From NCBI GenBank assembly GCA_977020255.1, contig CDROCS010001117.1, positions 1-64,000 on the forward strand: DNA of 64,000 bases, in the 5' to 3' direction. This stretch comes from Obrimoposthia wandeli (Eukaryota). The number at the start of each line of letters is the position of its first letter. Positions within the stretch are counted from its first letter, which is position 1. The position numbers and the translations under genes are program-made. Below, piece after piece: positions 44,876 to 54,685 of the stretch. The notes beneath the pieces are model-generated. The model did no database searches, was not told where the DNA came from, and saw only the letters and a list, made by a program, of their open reading frames with translations.

Positions 44876-45676
44876 CTAGGTATTAGAAAAAGGCGCATTA
44901 GCTAAATTTTGCGTATATTTCGCTTCTTTTTCTAATGCTTCTAAATCTTTAACAATCAATTGATTACGTTTTTTATCAATGATGTCTGCTTTTTTCCAAT
45001 GTTGTAACTGTTTATTAATGACTTGCCTGACTGAGCCCGTCATTCGCGCCAATGTTTCATCATTTAAACCATTTACTAAATGGTGCTGATGTTCTTCTTC
45101 TTTGGATCCCGTATAAAACTTAATTTTATTAATATGCTCTAAAATAATGCGGCTTAAGCGAGTCGTAACATCGTGTAAAACTAAACTACTGGCCTGCTCT
45201 TCTTTTTCACGCATTTTTTTCGCTAAATAAGGCATAAATTGCTGATTAAATTCTGGATAGGTCCATAACCAATGTCGCATAGTTGACAGTTCAACTGATA
45301 ATAATTTTACAGTGGTTAAAGGTGAAATAATTACGTCGTGAGGTTGATCATCTAATAGAACCATTAAATCAAAACAATCACCAGCATAAAGCATATCTAA
45401 TGTGGCTTCTCTGCCTGTATCAGGATTACTTTGTTTGATTTCTAAACTCCCCTCAATCACCACAAAAAAGCGTTTAGTTAATATGTCACAATTAATGTAA
45501 TCGCCTTTATGCCACTCATTAAGCTGAAATTCTTGTTGAAAATCCTCAATTAATTTTTCTGGTAAATCTGCAAAAAGATTAGCTTGTTTCACTAACACAG
45601 GACTTAACACCGGACTTAACTCTGGACTTAACTCTTGAGTAGATTTTTGAGGTAAATCAGTCTTATTTTTATGCAT
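44876..45676 (-). CDS. Crp/Fnr-family regulator
   Basis: cNMP-binding domain (FFVVIEGSLEI, AGDCF) plus C-terminal HTH (ETLARMTGSVRQVINKQL). Confidence 0.9.
   Translation of the reverse strand: MHKNKTDLPQKSTQELSPELSPVLSPVLVKQANLFADLPEKLIEDFQQEFQLNEWHKGDYINCDILTKRFFVVIEGSLEIKQSNPDTGREATLDMLYAGDCFDLMVLLDDQPHDVIISPLTTVKLLSVELSTMRHWLWTYPEFNQQFMPYLAKKMREKEEQASSLVLHDVTTRLSRIILEHINKIKFYTGSKEEEHQHHLVNGLNDETLARMTGSVRQVINKQLQHWKKADIIDKKRNQLIVKDLEALEKEAKYTQNLANAPFSNT
45600..45635. repeat. In-frame 12-bp tandem repeat in the Crp/Fnr N-terminus
   Basis: GGACTTAACACC GGACTTAACTCT GGACTTAACTCT, encoding ELSP-ELSP-VLSP. Confidence 0.7.
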
Positions 45677-46080
45677 AAATAAAATAATTTTAACGGTTAC
45701 GTAAGTAGGTATTTTAATTCTACCCCGTTGTGACTATATAGCAAAAGTTAATATTATTTTTTAGTCACGTCACTTTAACTGCTCTCTTAATCCATTGATT
45801 TATAAATTTAAAACATTGAATAATAGAAAATAATGCGGAGTGTCATATTTATGACAGAAGCATTTACTTACCTTGAGTATCATAGCCTCATTAACCAAAC
45901 ATCCAACAGTAAACCATTTATGTGAACCGGTTTATACAGGTTGTTTAACTAGGTTTTTTATACGGTCAAAGTACTCATTTGGTAATAGCCATGGGTAACA
46001 GACCATTTTATTAGATTCTATATATTAGACTTTTTATTAGACTATTTATTAAACTTTTTATTAGATAACAGGTGATTATT

Positions 46081-47997
46081 ATGTCTAAGATTATTGGTAT
46101 TGATTTAGGTACAACAAATTCATGTGTAGCGGTTATGGAAGGTGGCACTGCCAAAATTATTGAAAATGCAGAAGGTAGCCGTACAACGCCTTCAATTGTT
46201 GCTTATGCAAACAATGAAACGTTAGCGGGTCAACCGGCAAAAAGACAATCCGTAACAAATTCTACCAATACATTATTTGCGATTAAGCGATTGATTGGTC
46301 GTAAATTTGATGATAAAGAAGTACAAAAAGATATTAAGTTAGCGCCTTATAAAATTGTCAAAGCAGACAACGGTGATGCGTGGGTTGAAGTGAATGGTAA
46401 AGCTCTATCACCACAAGAAGTATCAGCACAAATTTTACGTAAATTGAAAAAAGATGCTGAAGCCTATTTAGGCGAAACCGTCACCGACGCGGTCATCACA
46501 GTACCGGCTTACTTTAATGATTCACAGCGCCAAGCAACAAAAGACGCAGGTAAAATTGCCGGACTTAATGTTAAGCGTATTATTAATGAACCCACTGCCG
46601 CAGCGTTGGCCTATGGTGTTGATAAAAATAGTAACGCTGACCAAAAAGTAGTGGTTTACGATTTAGGTGGCGGTACCTTTGATATTTCTATTATTGAAAT
46701 ATCCAATGTAGACGGTGAAAAACAATTTGAAGTATTAGCAACCAATGGTGATACCTTTTTAGGAGGTGAAGATTTTGATTTACGCTTAATTAATTACCTT
46801 GCTGATGAATTCAAAAAAGAAAGCGGCATTGATATCTATCAAGACTCTTTAGCTTTACAGCGAATTAAAGAGGCGGCAGAAAAAGCGAAGATTGAACTCT
46901 CATCTGCACTACAAACTGATGTAAATCTACCTTACGTTACAGCTGATGCTAGTGGCCCTAAACATTTAAATGTGAAAGTTACTCGAGCAAAATTAGAGTC
47001 ATTAGTTGATGATTTAGTTAAAAATACCATTGCGCCGTGTGAGCAAGCATTAAAAGATGCAGGTTTAAGTAAAAGTGATATCGACGAGGTTATTTTGGTG
47101 GGTGGTCAAACACGTATGCCAAAAGTACAAGAAGCCGTTAAAAGCTTCTTTGACAAAGAGCCACGTAAAGATGTCAACCCAGATGAAGCCGTTGCTTTAG
47201 GTGCTACCATTCAATCGGGTGTGTTGTCAGGTGCGGTTAATGATGTGTTATTACTTGATGTAACACCACTATCACTGGGTATTGAAACTTTAGGCGGTGT
47301 AATGACTAAGCTTATTGAGAAAAATACCACGATACCAACACGTGCTTCTGAAACGTTTTCAACCGCTGAAGATAACCAAGCTGCGGTAACCGTACATGTG
47401 TTACAAGGACAACGCGAAATGGCGACAGATAATAAATCGTTAGGTCAATTTAACTTAACGGATATTAACCCTGGCCCACGAGGATCGGTACAAGTTGAAG
47501 TCACGTTTGATATTGATGCTAATGGTATTTTAAATGTGTCAGCGAAAGACAAAGCAACAGGCAAGGAGCAAAGCATTAAAATTACCGCCTCAAGTGGTTT
47601 AACGGAAGATGAAATTAATCGCATGGTGAACGATGCTCAGCTGCACGCAAGTGAAGACAAACAAAAGCGTGAGTTAGTTGAACAACGTAACCAAGCAGAC
47701 CAATTAATTCATACTGTGCAAACGTCAATGACCAGTTTAAGCGATGGTCAGCAAGCAGAGCTAAAAGCATTAATTGAGCAGTTAAAAATGGCGGTTAATG
47801 GCAGTGACAAAGCAGCAATTGAAATGCGACAAAATGCTTTGCAAGAAGCTTACAGTAAAACTATGCAAGCAGAGCAATCACAAGCAGAACAACAAGCGCA
47901 ACAGCAAGCAGGTCAGCATCAAGGTAATGCTGCCAATGATGGCGCTAAGGACGAAGATATAATTGATGCTGATTTTGAAGAAGTAAGCAACGGTTAA
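46081..47997 (+). CDS. dnaK: Hsp70 chaperone DnaK (orphan, probably a paralogue)
   Basis: [43 protein letters not shown] and DADFEEV motifs; no grpE or dnaJ adjacent. Confidence 0.95.
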   Translation: MSKIIGIDLGTTNSCVAVMEGGTAKIIENAEGSRTTPSIVAYANNETLAGQPAKRQSVTNSTNTLFAIKRLIGRKFDDKEVQKDIKLAPYKIVKADNGDAWVEVNGKALSPQEVSAQILRKLKKDAEAYLGETVTDAVITVPAYFNDSQRQATKDAGKIAGLNVKRIINEPTAAALAYGVDKNSNADQKVVVYDLGGGTFDISIIEISNVDGEKQFEVLATNGDTFLGGEDFDLRLINYLADEFKKESGIDIYQDSLALQRIKEAAEKAKIELSSALQTDVNLPYVTADASGPKHLNVKVTRAKLESLVDDLVKNTIAPCEQALKDAGLSKSDIDEVILVGGQTRMPKVQEAVKSFFDKEPRKDVNPDEAVALGATIQSGVLSGAVNDVLLLDVTPLSLGIETLGGVMTKLIEKNTTIPTRASETFSTAEDNQAAVTVHVLQGQREMATDNKSLGQFNLTDINPGPRGSVQVEVTFDIDANGILNVSAKDKATGKEQSIKITASSGLTEDEINRMVNDAQLHASEDKQKRELVEQRNQADQLIHTVQTSMTSLSDGQQAELKALIEQLKMAVNGSDKAAIEMRQNALQEAYSKTMQAEQSQAEQQAQQQAGQHQGNAANDGAKDEDIIDADFEEVSNG

Positions 47998-48102
47998 TCA
48001 TTATATGATTGCTGTTAAGTTAACGCTTAGATTCAAATAAGTAAGTGCATAACTTAAATGAGTTTGAGTGAAACTTTTAACAAGCTTTTCTTATCAATAC
48101 TA

Positions 48103-48137
48103 AAAAAACCTTTAACATTAATTGTTAAAGGTTTTTT
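48103..48137. terminator. Terminator after dnaK
   Basis: AAAAAACCTTTAACA-TTAAT-TGTTAAAGGTTTTTT. Confidence 0.8.
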
Positions 48138-48587
48138 ATTGCATAGTAAAATAATTTTAGTCAATAACGCCATTGCTTCAATCCCTCCCCTCCCTTAAAT
48201 CCCTTTGAATAATGACATTGAGTTGAATGCTCAGTTACATCACATATAGCACTAATTAACATTCAATATGAGCAATGGATTACTTTTACCATGAACAGGT
48301 AATCACAATTAATGATGCTACAAAGTAAAAATTATCTATCAATTGCTCTTAAGGTCACGGCTAGCGCTAAAAGGAAATGTTAGACAAACTGGCGGTATTC
48401 AGTACTCTGCTCTAAAATATAAGTAAGAAAGGACAATGATATTTCCACTCAGGATGTGCGAGTGGGTGTCTATATCAAGGGTAATTCCTTTCAGGGTCTT
48501 GTATAAGACGCATATCGAAACAGTTTCCACGTCTCACGAGATCGATTCTAGCTTATAGAAGATATTGGTCAAACAGGAGAAACTGTC

Positions 48588-48788
48588 ATGTACAAGACTA
48601 TTACAGCAACATATACAGATAAAATAGCCCTTAAAAATGTGGCTGATGAACTGGTGAATAAGGATATCCCAAGGGAAAATTTTTTCATCGATGAAAAAGT
48701 TTCACAGGTCAAGGTAATGATGCCAGAGAGTGCAGAACCGGAAATAATGGATATCCTCAATCGTCATGGACCGACAGAGGTTCACTAA
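48588..48788 (+). CDS. Small hypothetical protein (66 aa)
   Basis: CAGGAG RBS, clean ORF and a downstream terminator. Confidence 0.75.
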   Translation: MYKTITATYTDKIALKNVADELVNKDIPRENFFIDEKVSQVKVMMPESAEPEIMDILNRHGPTEVH

Positions 48789-48874
48789 ACAAGTAACTGT
48801 CCAGAGCCGTCACGCAGTGTAGCTACTGACAGCTGAAATAATAATCTGCAATGGAATGCTCAGTGAGATATTTT

Positions 48875-48900
48875 AAAACAGGCGAATAGCCTGTTTTTTT
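48875..48900 (+). terminator. Rho-independent terminator
   Basis: AAAACAGGC-GAATA-GCCTGTTTTTTT. Confidence 0.75.
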
Positions 48901-49152
48901 GGTTTCGGTACAGAAACTGTCATTAATCAGTAGCCCGGATGAAGACGGTAATGTCTTCAAATGAGGGGAATGAAGCTCTCAACGGGTAATTCAGTAATAT
49001 TTTTAATTAGTGTCCCTTTTTATCGGGCAAGATCAAAGAACCTATAGCGGTCGTTGAATAGTTCTCTAAACCTTTCTATCAAAAGATCACTTTGATTCTG
49101 ATACTGTTCATTATTGGTTGTCTATGGTGATTCGTTCCTATATGGAGGGATT

Positions 49153-49353
49153 ATGTTAAAAGGCATGACGTCACAACGCTTGATTGCTCTATCACTGACA
49201 GGCATAGCATTTCTGAACTTCCCACTTCTTGCGCTATGGGATAAGGATATACATGTACTAGGATGGCCACTCCTGCCATTTGGATTATTTCTGATTTGGG
49301 GAATATTAATTGCAGCCCTGGCCTGGGTGATGGAAAAACGGAAAACTACCTAA
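49153..49353 (+). CDS. Small 2-TM membrane protein coupled to the SLC5 kinase
   Basis: GGAGG RBS; two hydrophobic helices; stop overlaps the next start (TAATG). Confidence 0.8.
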   Translation: MLKGMTSQRLIALSLTGIAFLNFPLLALWDKDIHVLGWPLLPFGLFLIWGILIAALAWVMEKRKTT

Positions 49354-52094
49354 TGCTCTCCCCGCCTCTGGTCATAACCGTCTCTTTTAGCTATCTGTTT
49401 ATTCTGTTTGCTGTCGCCTATTTCGGTGACAAACGTGCAGAAACTGGGCAATCCATCATTGCCAGTCCGTGGGTATATGCCCTGTCCATGGCCGTGTATT
49501 GCACCGCATGGACCTACTTCGGTAGCGTGGGACTTGCCGCCAGCGCCGGAGTGTGGTTTCTGCCCATTTACCTCGGGCCAATGCTATCCATGATCTTGGC
49601 CTGGCTCGTTGTTCGAAAAATGATCCGCATTGCGAAAACCTACCGCATTACGTCTATCGCCGATTTCATTGCCAGTCGCTATGGCAAAAGTCCCTTGCTG
49701 GCTGGGCTGGTAACAATAATCACAGTAGTCGGCATCGTTCCTTATATCGCCTTGCAGCTAAAAGCCATTTCCAGCGGTTACGATGTAATGACCACCCCTC
49801 TGGGTGGCATTGCCATACCACCGTCCGATTGGTGGTTTGATGGAACACTTTATATGGCACTGATACTGGCGGGGTTCACCATCATATTCGGTACCAGGCA
49901 TCTGGACAGCAGTGAGCGACATGAAGGCCTAGTGGCAGCCATTGCCCTCGAATCAGTCGTCAAGCTGGTGGCTTTTCTGGCGGTAGGACTATTTGTAACT
50001 TATGGCATTTTTGACGGCATGTCAGACATATTTGCCCAGGCATCAGCAATAGCAGAAATCAAGGAGTTACTGACATTTGACCAAGGACGCTCGTTTGCCT
50101 ACACCCAATGGTTTGCTTTGACACTACTGGCCATGCTGTCGGTTATTTTTCTACCACGCCAATTTCAGATCATGGTTGTGGAAAATGTCGATGAGCAACA
50201 CTTGAAACGAGCAGTTTGGGTGTTTCCGCTTTATTTATTATTGATCAATATTTTTGTCTTACCCATAGCATTGGGGGGACTGCTTTATTTTGGTACTGCT
50301 CCCGTTAATGCTGAGACCTTTGTACTTTCGCTGCCACTGGCACATGGCCAAAATATGCTGGCCTTATTCGCTTTTGTTGGGGGTCTATCGGCTGTGACCG
50401 GTATGGTAATTGTCGAAGTCATCGCTATATCAACCATGGTGTGTAATGACCTGGTCATGCCGGTGTTATTGCGCACCACACGCTTTGGTGAACGCTCCGG
50501 CGGCGACCTGACCAAGTTACTACTTTTCATTCGCCGTATTGCCATCATCGGCATCCTGTTGTTGGGCTACCTGTATTTTCATTTAGCCGGGGAAGCCTAT
50601 GCCCTGGTTAGCATCGGCCTGATCAGCTTTGCCGCTGTCGCACAATTCGCACCCGCTATGTTGGGCGGAATGTACTGGAAAAACGGTACACGCAACGGTG
50701 CGCTTGCGGGACTTTTACTGGGGTTTTTGATGTGGTCTTACACTTTAATGTTACCTTCACTCGCCAAATCTGGATGGATATCTGTAGATTTCCTTAATCA
50801 GGGTCTATTTGGCATTGAATGGCTTAAACCAGAACAATTTTTGGGGTTGGCAGGCCTTGATAATCTGACCCATTCCTTGTTTTGGAGCCTTTTTATTAAT
50901 GTAGTGGCATACGTGGCGGTATCACTCTGGAAACGCCCAACAGCCCATGAAACCAGTCAGGCCTTATTGTTTGTCGATGTTTTTCAACGTACTCGCTTAT
51001 CCCATCCGGTATTCTGGCAGGGCCAGGCAAAAGTAAATGACCTGTTACACCTGACAGGACGTTTTATGGGTGAAACAAAGGCACAGCAATTGTTCACCGA
51101 CTATGCTCAGGAAGTGGGTGCCGATGATATCGGGAAAATCCCCGAAGACGCAACACTGGTACACTTTGTAGAAACCCATCTGACCGGAGCCATTGGCAGT
51201 GCCTCTGCGCGGATTATGGTGGCTTCAGTAGTGGAAGAAGAAGCTCTGGAACTGGATGACGTAATGCGCATCCTGGAAGAAGCCTCTCAGTTACGCGCCT
51301 ATTCGGAAGCACTGGAAGAAAAGTCGTGTTCGTTGGAACAGGCCACCAAGGAACTGCAAACGGCTAATGAACAGCTTAAAAGTCTGGATAGATTGAAAGA
51401 CAACTTTATGTCATCCGTGACCCATGAGTTACGTACTCCGCTGACCTCCATCCGCGCTATGACAGAGTTAATGCTGGATGACCCCAGCATGGAGGAGGAA
51501 CAGCGCCTTGAATTTCTCAGTATTGTGGTGTCAGAAGCAGAGCGTCTCAGCAGACTGGTAAACCAGGTACTGGATATGGCAAAGATAGAAGCAGGACATG
51601 CCGAGTGGCATAGCAGTGATGTGGACATACTGGAACTGGTAACGCAGTCAGTCAATTCCATCTCTGGCATCTATAAGGAACGTGGTGCTGTATTGGAAGT
51701 CCATGCCCAGAAACATGTGTCATTGATCCGCGCCGATGCTGATCGCTTGATACAGGTGCTGATAAACCTGCTATCAAACGCCGTAAAGTTTGTGCCCGAG
51801 GATAAAGGCAAGGTTGAAGTGCATATACGAGATGCAATGGAAGGCATCACGGTTGAAGTGATTGACAACGGGCCAGGTATCGCACCGGAAAAACAGAAGC
51901 TGGTGTTTGAAAAGTTCCGCCAGGTAGAAGGTGAAACAGATCGCCAGCTAGGTACTGGCCTTGGCTTGCCGATAAGCCGTCAAATTGTGGAGCATTTTGG
52001 AGGTCGCATGTGGTTACAGTCAAACATAGGCGAAGGCGCCTGCTTTGGCTTTTTCTTACCTAGGCAAAAGGACAGTCTGGCCGATACATCATAA
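49353..52094 (+). CDS. SLC5 (Na+/solute symporter)-STAC-histidine kinase, CrbS/CbrA superfamily
   Basis: SLC5 domain (YALSMAVYCTAWTYFGSVG, IADFIASRYGKS), STAC (GAIGSASARIMV), H-box THELRTPL, N-box NLLSNAVKF, DNGPGI and GTGLGL. No PAS or REC domain. Confidence 0.92.
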   Translation: MLSPPLVITVSFSYLFILFAVAYFGDKRAETGQSIIASPWVYALSMAVYCTAWTYFGSVGLAASAGVWFLPIYLGPMLSMILAWLVVRKMIRIAKTYRITSIADFIASRYGKSPLLAGLVTIITVVGIVPYIALQLKAISSGYDVMTTPLGGIAIPPSDWWFDGTLYMALILAGFTIIFGTRHLDSSERHEGLVAAIALESVVKLVAFLAVGLFVTYGIFDGMSDIFAQASAIAEIKELLTFDQGRSFAYTQWFALTLLAMLSVIFLPRQFQIMVVENVDEQHLKRAVWVFPLYLLLINIFVLPIALGGLLYFGTAPVNAETFVLSLPLAHGQNMLALFAFVGGLSAVTGMVIVEVIAISTMVCNDLVMPVLLRTTRFGERSGGDLTKLLLFIRRIAIIGILLLGYLYFHLAGEAYALVSIGLISFAAVAQFAPAMLGGMYWKNGTRNGALAGLLLGFLMWSYTLMLPSLAKSGWISVDFLNQGLFGIEWLKPEQFLGLAGLDNLTHSLFWSLFINVVAYVAVSLWKRPTAHETSQALLFVDVFQRTRLSHPVFWQGQAKVNDLLHLTGRFMGETKAQQLFTDYAQEVGADDIGKIPEDATLVHFVETHLTGAIGSASARIMVASVVEEEALELDDVMRILEEASQLRAYSEALEEKSCSLEQATKELQTANEQLKSLDRLKDNFMSSVTHELRTPLTSIRAMTELMLDDPSMEEEQRLEFLSIVVSEAERLSRLVNQVLDMAKIEAGHAEWHSSDVDILELVTQSVNSISGIYKERGAVLEVHAQKHVSLIRADADRLIQVLINLLSNAVKFVPEDKGKVEVHIRDAMEGITVEVIDNGPGIAPEKQKLVFEKFRQVEGETDRQLGTGLGLPISRQIVEHFGGRMWLQSNIGEGACFGFFLPRQKDSLADTS

Positions 52095-52112
52095 TGATAG
52101 GAGTTCCAAAAA

Positions 52113-52484
52113 ATGAGTAAAACTATCCTGATTGCGGACGATGAGAAGAATATCCTGATTTCTCTGGAGTTCCTGATGAAAAGGGAAGGCTACCTTGTGG
52201 TGACAGCACATGACGGCCAGGAAGCGATTGATGCCATATCCAGGGAGCATCCCGACCTGGTGTTACTGGATGTCATGATGCCCAAAAAGACTGGCTTTGA
52301 TGTTTGCCAAGAAGTACGCGCAAACCCCGTTATGAAAGATATCCTTATTCTGATGTTGACGGCTAAAGGGCGTGATACGGATATCGCCAAGGGACTGGCA
52401 ATGGGTGCTAATGGTTACGTCATCAAGCCATTTTCCACTAGGGAACTGGCACAAAAAGTGCGCGACATGCTGGATCAGGCATGA
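52113..52484 (+). CDS. Single-domain response regulator (REC only)
   Basis: IADDE, LLDVMMP, LTA and KPF catalytic set intact; 123 aa. Confidence 0.94.
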   Translation: MSKTILIADDEKNILISLEFLMKREGYLVVTAHDGQEAIDAISREHPDLVLLDVMMPKKTGFDVCQEVRANPVMKDILILMLTAKGRDTDIAKGLAMGANGYVIKPFSTRELAQKVRDMLDQA

Positions 52485-54652
52485 GACGCTTTGACTGGAG
52501 GGTAGCTATTGGTGTGGCCATCATTGGCATTATCTGCCTGTTATGGCTGCTGGCAACAGGCATATTAATCTGGTCTACCCTTGACGAAACAGGTCGTGAT
52601 GCAGTTGCAGCCACACTGAGGCCAAGCCTTGAATTGTTGATTTTAATGTGGGCAATATCTCTGGGTGCGGTTGGTATCGCACTGCGTTGGCTAGTGGCCT
52701 ACTTCATGACCGCCCCTGCCCGTCTCGCAGAAGATGCCCAAGTTTTGCTTGGCACCGATGTAAAACGCCAACTTAAACCAAGTGGTAGTATTGAAAACCG
52801 TAGCTTGACCGATCTGTTCAATCAGTTAGTGCAGCAGCGAGAAACATTACGTGAGGAAATGGGTGCACTTGTGCAGGAAGCAGCCCACAACACAGAACTG
52901 GAAAAAAATCGCCTGGCCGCACTGATGTCCGAACTCAGTAAAAGTGTCGTGGTTTGCAATCTGGATGGACGTATCCTGCTATACAACAACCGAGCCCGAA
53001 GACAGTTCCAACGATTATCACAAGCCACCAAGGTTGCGGCTGGGGTTGAATTGATCGGTCTTGGCCGTTCAATCTATGGTCTGTTCGATCGCAAATTACT
53101 CACGCATGCACTGGAAAATATTCAACACCGTTTACAACATAACGTAGCATCCCCATCAGCACAGTTTGTAACCACCACACAGTCCGGGCAATTGCTACGA
53201 GTACAAATGGCACCGGTACGCGCTGTCCAACTTGAAAACAGGGAATCCGCTCAGATGACGGGATTTGTACTCTTAACCGAAAACATCACCCATGAATTTG
53301 AAGCACTATCACAACAGGATCACGTTCTAAATACGCTTACCGAACGCAGTCGTGCTGCAATAGCAAACATGCAGGCAGCTCTTGATGTACTGGAATACCC
53401 CGATCTTGAACCAGGCATGCAAGAAAGTCTGCTGGGTGTTTTGCGTGAAGAGACGCAGGGATTGGGGGAACGTATCCATGAACTCAAATCAACCACCGTA
53501 AATGGCTTCATGTCACACTGGTCCCTCGAAGATATGCTGGGAGCTGACTTGGTTGAGGCCGCCATAAACCGTATTAATGCACTGGAGGGACTTACCGCTA
53601 CCGAATTCAGTGTCGATACTTCCGTTTGGCTGAAAGTGGAAAGCTTTACATTACTAGAAGCAATCACCTATCTGACCGAACATGTACACCTGGAATGTGG
53701 CGTGGACACGGTGCAATTTCGTCTTAGCATGACCGAAACTCATGGTCAGCTTGATCTTTGCTGGACTCCACTAAACAATAAAAAGGACACTAGGTTAAAT
53801 TGCGAAAAAGATTTCATTCGGCTAGGCGGTGAAAAAAGCTCATTGACAATCCAGGATGTCGTTGAACGCCATGATGGTGCGTTCTGGTATGAACACGAAA
53901 CAGAGGGTAATCAGGCATTCTTTCGTTTCCTTGTACCACTGGCTAAACCACAAGAGCAGCTGGATACATCGGCTTTGATGCGCAAAGGTAGCCGCCCGGA
54001 ATTTTACGACTTTGACCTGTTTCAAGCCTCGGAACAAACGCGTTCACTGGAAGATTGCAAGCTTACCGAACTCTCCTACACCGTCTTTGATACAGAAACG
54101 ACCGGGCTAGATCCATCTGGCGGTGATGAAATTATCCAGATCGGAGCCATACGCATAGTCAACGGTAAGCTGTTGCATCAGGAAACCTTTGATCAACTGG
54201 TAGATCCCAGGCGCTCTATACCGACAATAACTATACCGATTCACGGCATCCAGCCCGATATGGTGAAAGGACAGCCAGTCATTGAAGAAGTATTACCAGC
54301 CTTTCATGCGTTTGTGGGTGATACCGTGTTGGTAGCACACAATGCCGCATTTGACATGCGCTGCCTGCAAGTGAAGGAAACGGCTACCGGGGTGGTGTTC
54401 GATCAGCCCGTACTAGATACCTTACTACTGTCTGCTGTCGTCCATCCCAATCAGGAATCGCACGGGCTGGAAGAAATTGCCGAACGCTTTAACATTAATA
54501 TTCATGGGCGCCACACGGCCTTGGGTGACGCCATGGCAACAGCGGAAGTATTCCTGCAACTGATTCACCTTTTGGCAGAGCAAGGCATCTATACCATGGG
54601 ACAGGCACGTGTCGCCGCGCAAAAGACCTACTATGCTCGTCTCAAATACTAA
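52481..54652 (+). CDS. Membrane-anchored HAMP-PAS-degenerate kinase-DEDDh 3'-5' exonuclease fusion
   Basis: 2 TM helices, HAMP-like segment, PAS (VVVCNLDGRILLYN); Exo I VFDTETTG, Exo II AHNAAFD and Exo III HTALGDA. ATGA overlap with the REC gene. Confidence 0.88.
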   Translation: MRRFDWRVAIGVAIIGIICLLWLLATGILIWSTLDETGRDAVAATLRPSLELLILMWAISLGAVGIALRWLVAYFMTAPARLAEDAQVLLGTDVKRQLKPSGSIENRSLTDLFNQLVQQRETLREEMGALVQEAAHNTELEKNRLAALMSELSKSVVVCNLDGRILLYNNRARRQFQRLSQATKVAAGVELIGLGRSIYGLFDRKLLTHALENIQHRLQHNVASPSAQFVTTTQSGQLLRVQMAPVRAVQLENRESAQMTGFVLLTENITHEFEALSQQDHVLNTLTERSRAAIANMQAALDVLEYPDLEPGMQESLLGVLREETQGLGERIHELKSTTVNGFMSHWSLEDMLGADLVEAAINRINALEGLTATEFSVDTSVWLKVESFTLLEAITYLTEHVHLECGVDTVQFRLSMTETHGQLDLCWTPLNNKKDTRLNCEKDFIRLGGEKSSLTIQDVVERHDGAFWYEHETEGNQAFFRFLVPLAKPQEQLDTSALMRKGSRPEFYDFDLFQASEQTRSLEDCKLTELSYTVFDTETTGLDPSGGDEIIQIGAIRIVNGKLLHQETFDQLVDPRRSIPTITIPIHGIQPDMVKGQPVIEEVLPAFHAFVGDTVLVAHNAAFDMRCLQVKETATGVVFDQPVLDTLLLSAVVHPNQESHGLEEIAERFNINIHGRHTALGDAMATAEVFLQLIHLLAEQGIYTMGQARVAAQKTYYARLKY

Positions 54653-54685
54653 AAACCTATCGGAGTTAAAAGTATCGCTGCCGAC

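Noticed and set aside
45780-46070. Sigma32 promoter or FNR/CRP box upstream of dnaK
   Set aside because: Only half-site matches (TTGAT, TGTGA); not supportable.
48933-48987. Possible hammerhead ribozyme (CGGATGA-stem-TCAAA)
   Set aside because: The core deviates from CUGAUGA and GAAA, and no cleavage-site stem is evident.
49408-54622. Many 60-120 aa alternative-frame and antisense ORFs within the GC-rich genes (and similar ones elsewhere)
   Set aside because: Expected shadows of long coding sequences; none has an RBS or motif support.
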